Assembly: GCA_947650775.1 (NCBI GenBank)
Contig: CANSWQ010000001.1
Location: forward strand, 1 to 43,751
Length of the DNA stretch: 43,751 nt
Direction: 5' to 3'
DNA from: an uncultured Mycoplasmatota bacterium
Lineage (GTDB): Bacteria; Bacillota_I; Bacilli_A; RF39; UBA660
Shown here: positions 43,360-43,751 of the stretch, in pieces
Layout: each line of letters starts with the position of its first letter
How positions within the stretch are numbered: the first letter of the stretch is position 1
Program-made: the position numbers and the translations under genes
The notes under the pieces: model-generated
What the model was told of the DNA's origin: nothing
Databases searched by the model: none
What the model saw: only the letters and a program-made list of their open reading frames with translations

Positions 43360-43751
43360 ATGATCGTAAATTACACTACTAAAGAATTAGATTTACTAGC
43401 AAGGCTTATGCGTGCTGAAGCTCAAACAGAAGGAGATTTAGGAATGCTCATGGTAGGTAATGTTGTAGTCAATAGAGTTTTAGGAGATTGTTATACTTTT
43501 AAAAATATTGATAGTATAACTGATGCTATATTTCAGCCTAATCAATTCGTAGGCGCTGATTCTCCCCTCTTCTATGGTTCTTCTACTACTTCCGAAAAAA
43601 ATCTCGCTAAACGCATTTTAATGGGGGAATATTATTACCCCGCTACTCATTCTTTATGGTTCTATGCCCCGCCATCATCAAACACATCATGTAAAACTAC
43701 GTGGTATAGTCAACCTTTAGCTGGTAAATATAAAAATCATTGTTTTTATAG
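43360..43751 (+). CDS. CwlJ/SleB-type cell-wall (spore cortex) hydrolase, 3'-truncated by the window end; host flank
   Basis: AGGTGA lies 7 nt before the ATG. The sequence LLARLMRAEAQTEGDLGMLMVGNVVVNRV...FQPNQF... is typical of the Hydrolase_2 family. The frame is open to position 43751. Confidence 0.8.
   Translation, partial: MIVNYTTKELDLLARLMRAEAQTEGDLGMLMVGNVVVNRVLGDCYTFKNIDSITDAIFQPNQFVGADSPLFYGSSTTSEKNLAKRILMGEYYYPATHSLWFYAPPSSNTSCKTTWYSQPLAGKYKNHCFY

Noticed and set aside
1-43751. A search for CRISPR arrays, IS elements or transposases, reverse transcriptases, rRNA genes and known multi-gene defence systems (RM with a separate REase, BREX/DISARM partners, CBASS, retrons)
   Set aside because: No regularly spaced repeats, transposase or RT motifs, or partner genes were seen. 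The SNF2 and MTase domains are fused in a conjugation-type polyvalent protein. They are not arranged as a DISARM/BREX-like operon.

Overview
Low-GC, Clostridium-type DNA. Almost the whole window is one ~43-kb integrative conjugative element (ICE), with nearly every gene on the minus strand. Reading along the minus strand from 42.9 kb down to 0.3 kb: parA/parB, then a thioester-domain adhesin with its own sortase. Next come ssb and a 2372-aa polyvalent protein (ArdC-like N-domain, N6-adenine methyltransferase, SNF2 helicase). Then tandem XRE regulators, a DUF3991/Toprim primase, a Fic/VbhA toxin-antitoxin pair and MobC. An inserted SAM methyltransferase follows, then the relaxase, PcfB, the coupling protein, and T4SS genes (pilin-like, VirB6-like, PrgI/VirB3-like, VirB4, CHAP hydrolase). 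A ~9-kb cargo/regulatory block (2.3-11.5 kb) holds an S1 protease, two paralogous secreted proteins of unknown family, membrane-anchored small proteins, several XRE regulators, a sigma region-4 protein and a MazF module. Excisionase and tyrosine integrase close the element. The right flank carries an intact tRNA-Trp, a promoter-driven tRNA-Trp 5' half and a partial CwlJ/SleB-type spore hydrolase gene. The most unusual observations are these. (1) A TnpV-family gene with its own Shine-Dalgarno is nested out of frame inside the polyvalent ORF, with codon-level signs that both frames are kept open. (2) A tRNA-Trp appears split by the whole element, which carries a complete divergent tRNA-Trp just inside its right end. 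(3) The conserved relaxase N-terminus lies upstream of the first ATG, behind a strong RBS and an ATA codon. (4) The secreted-protein/protease cargo module is uncharacterised. All homology calls come from motif recognition by eye and need database confirmation.
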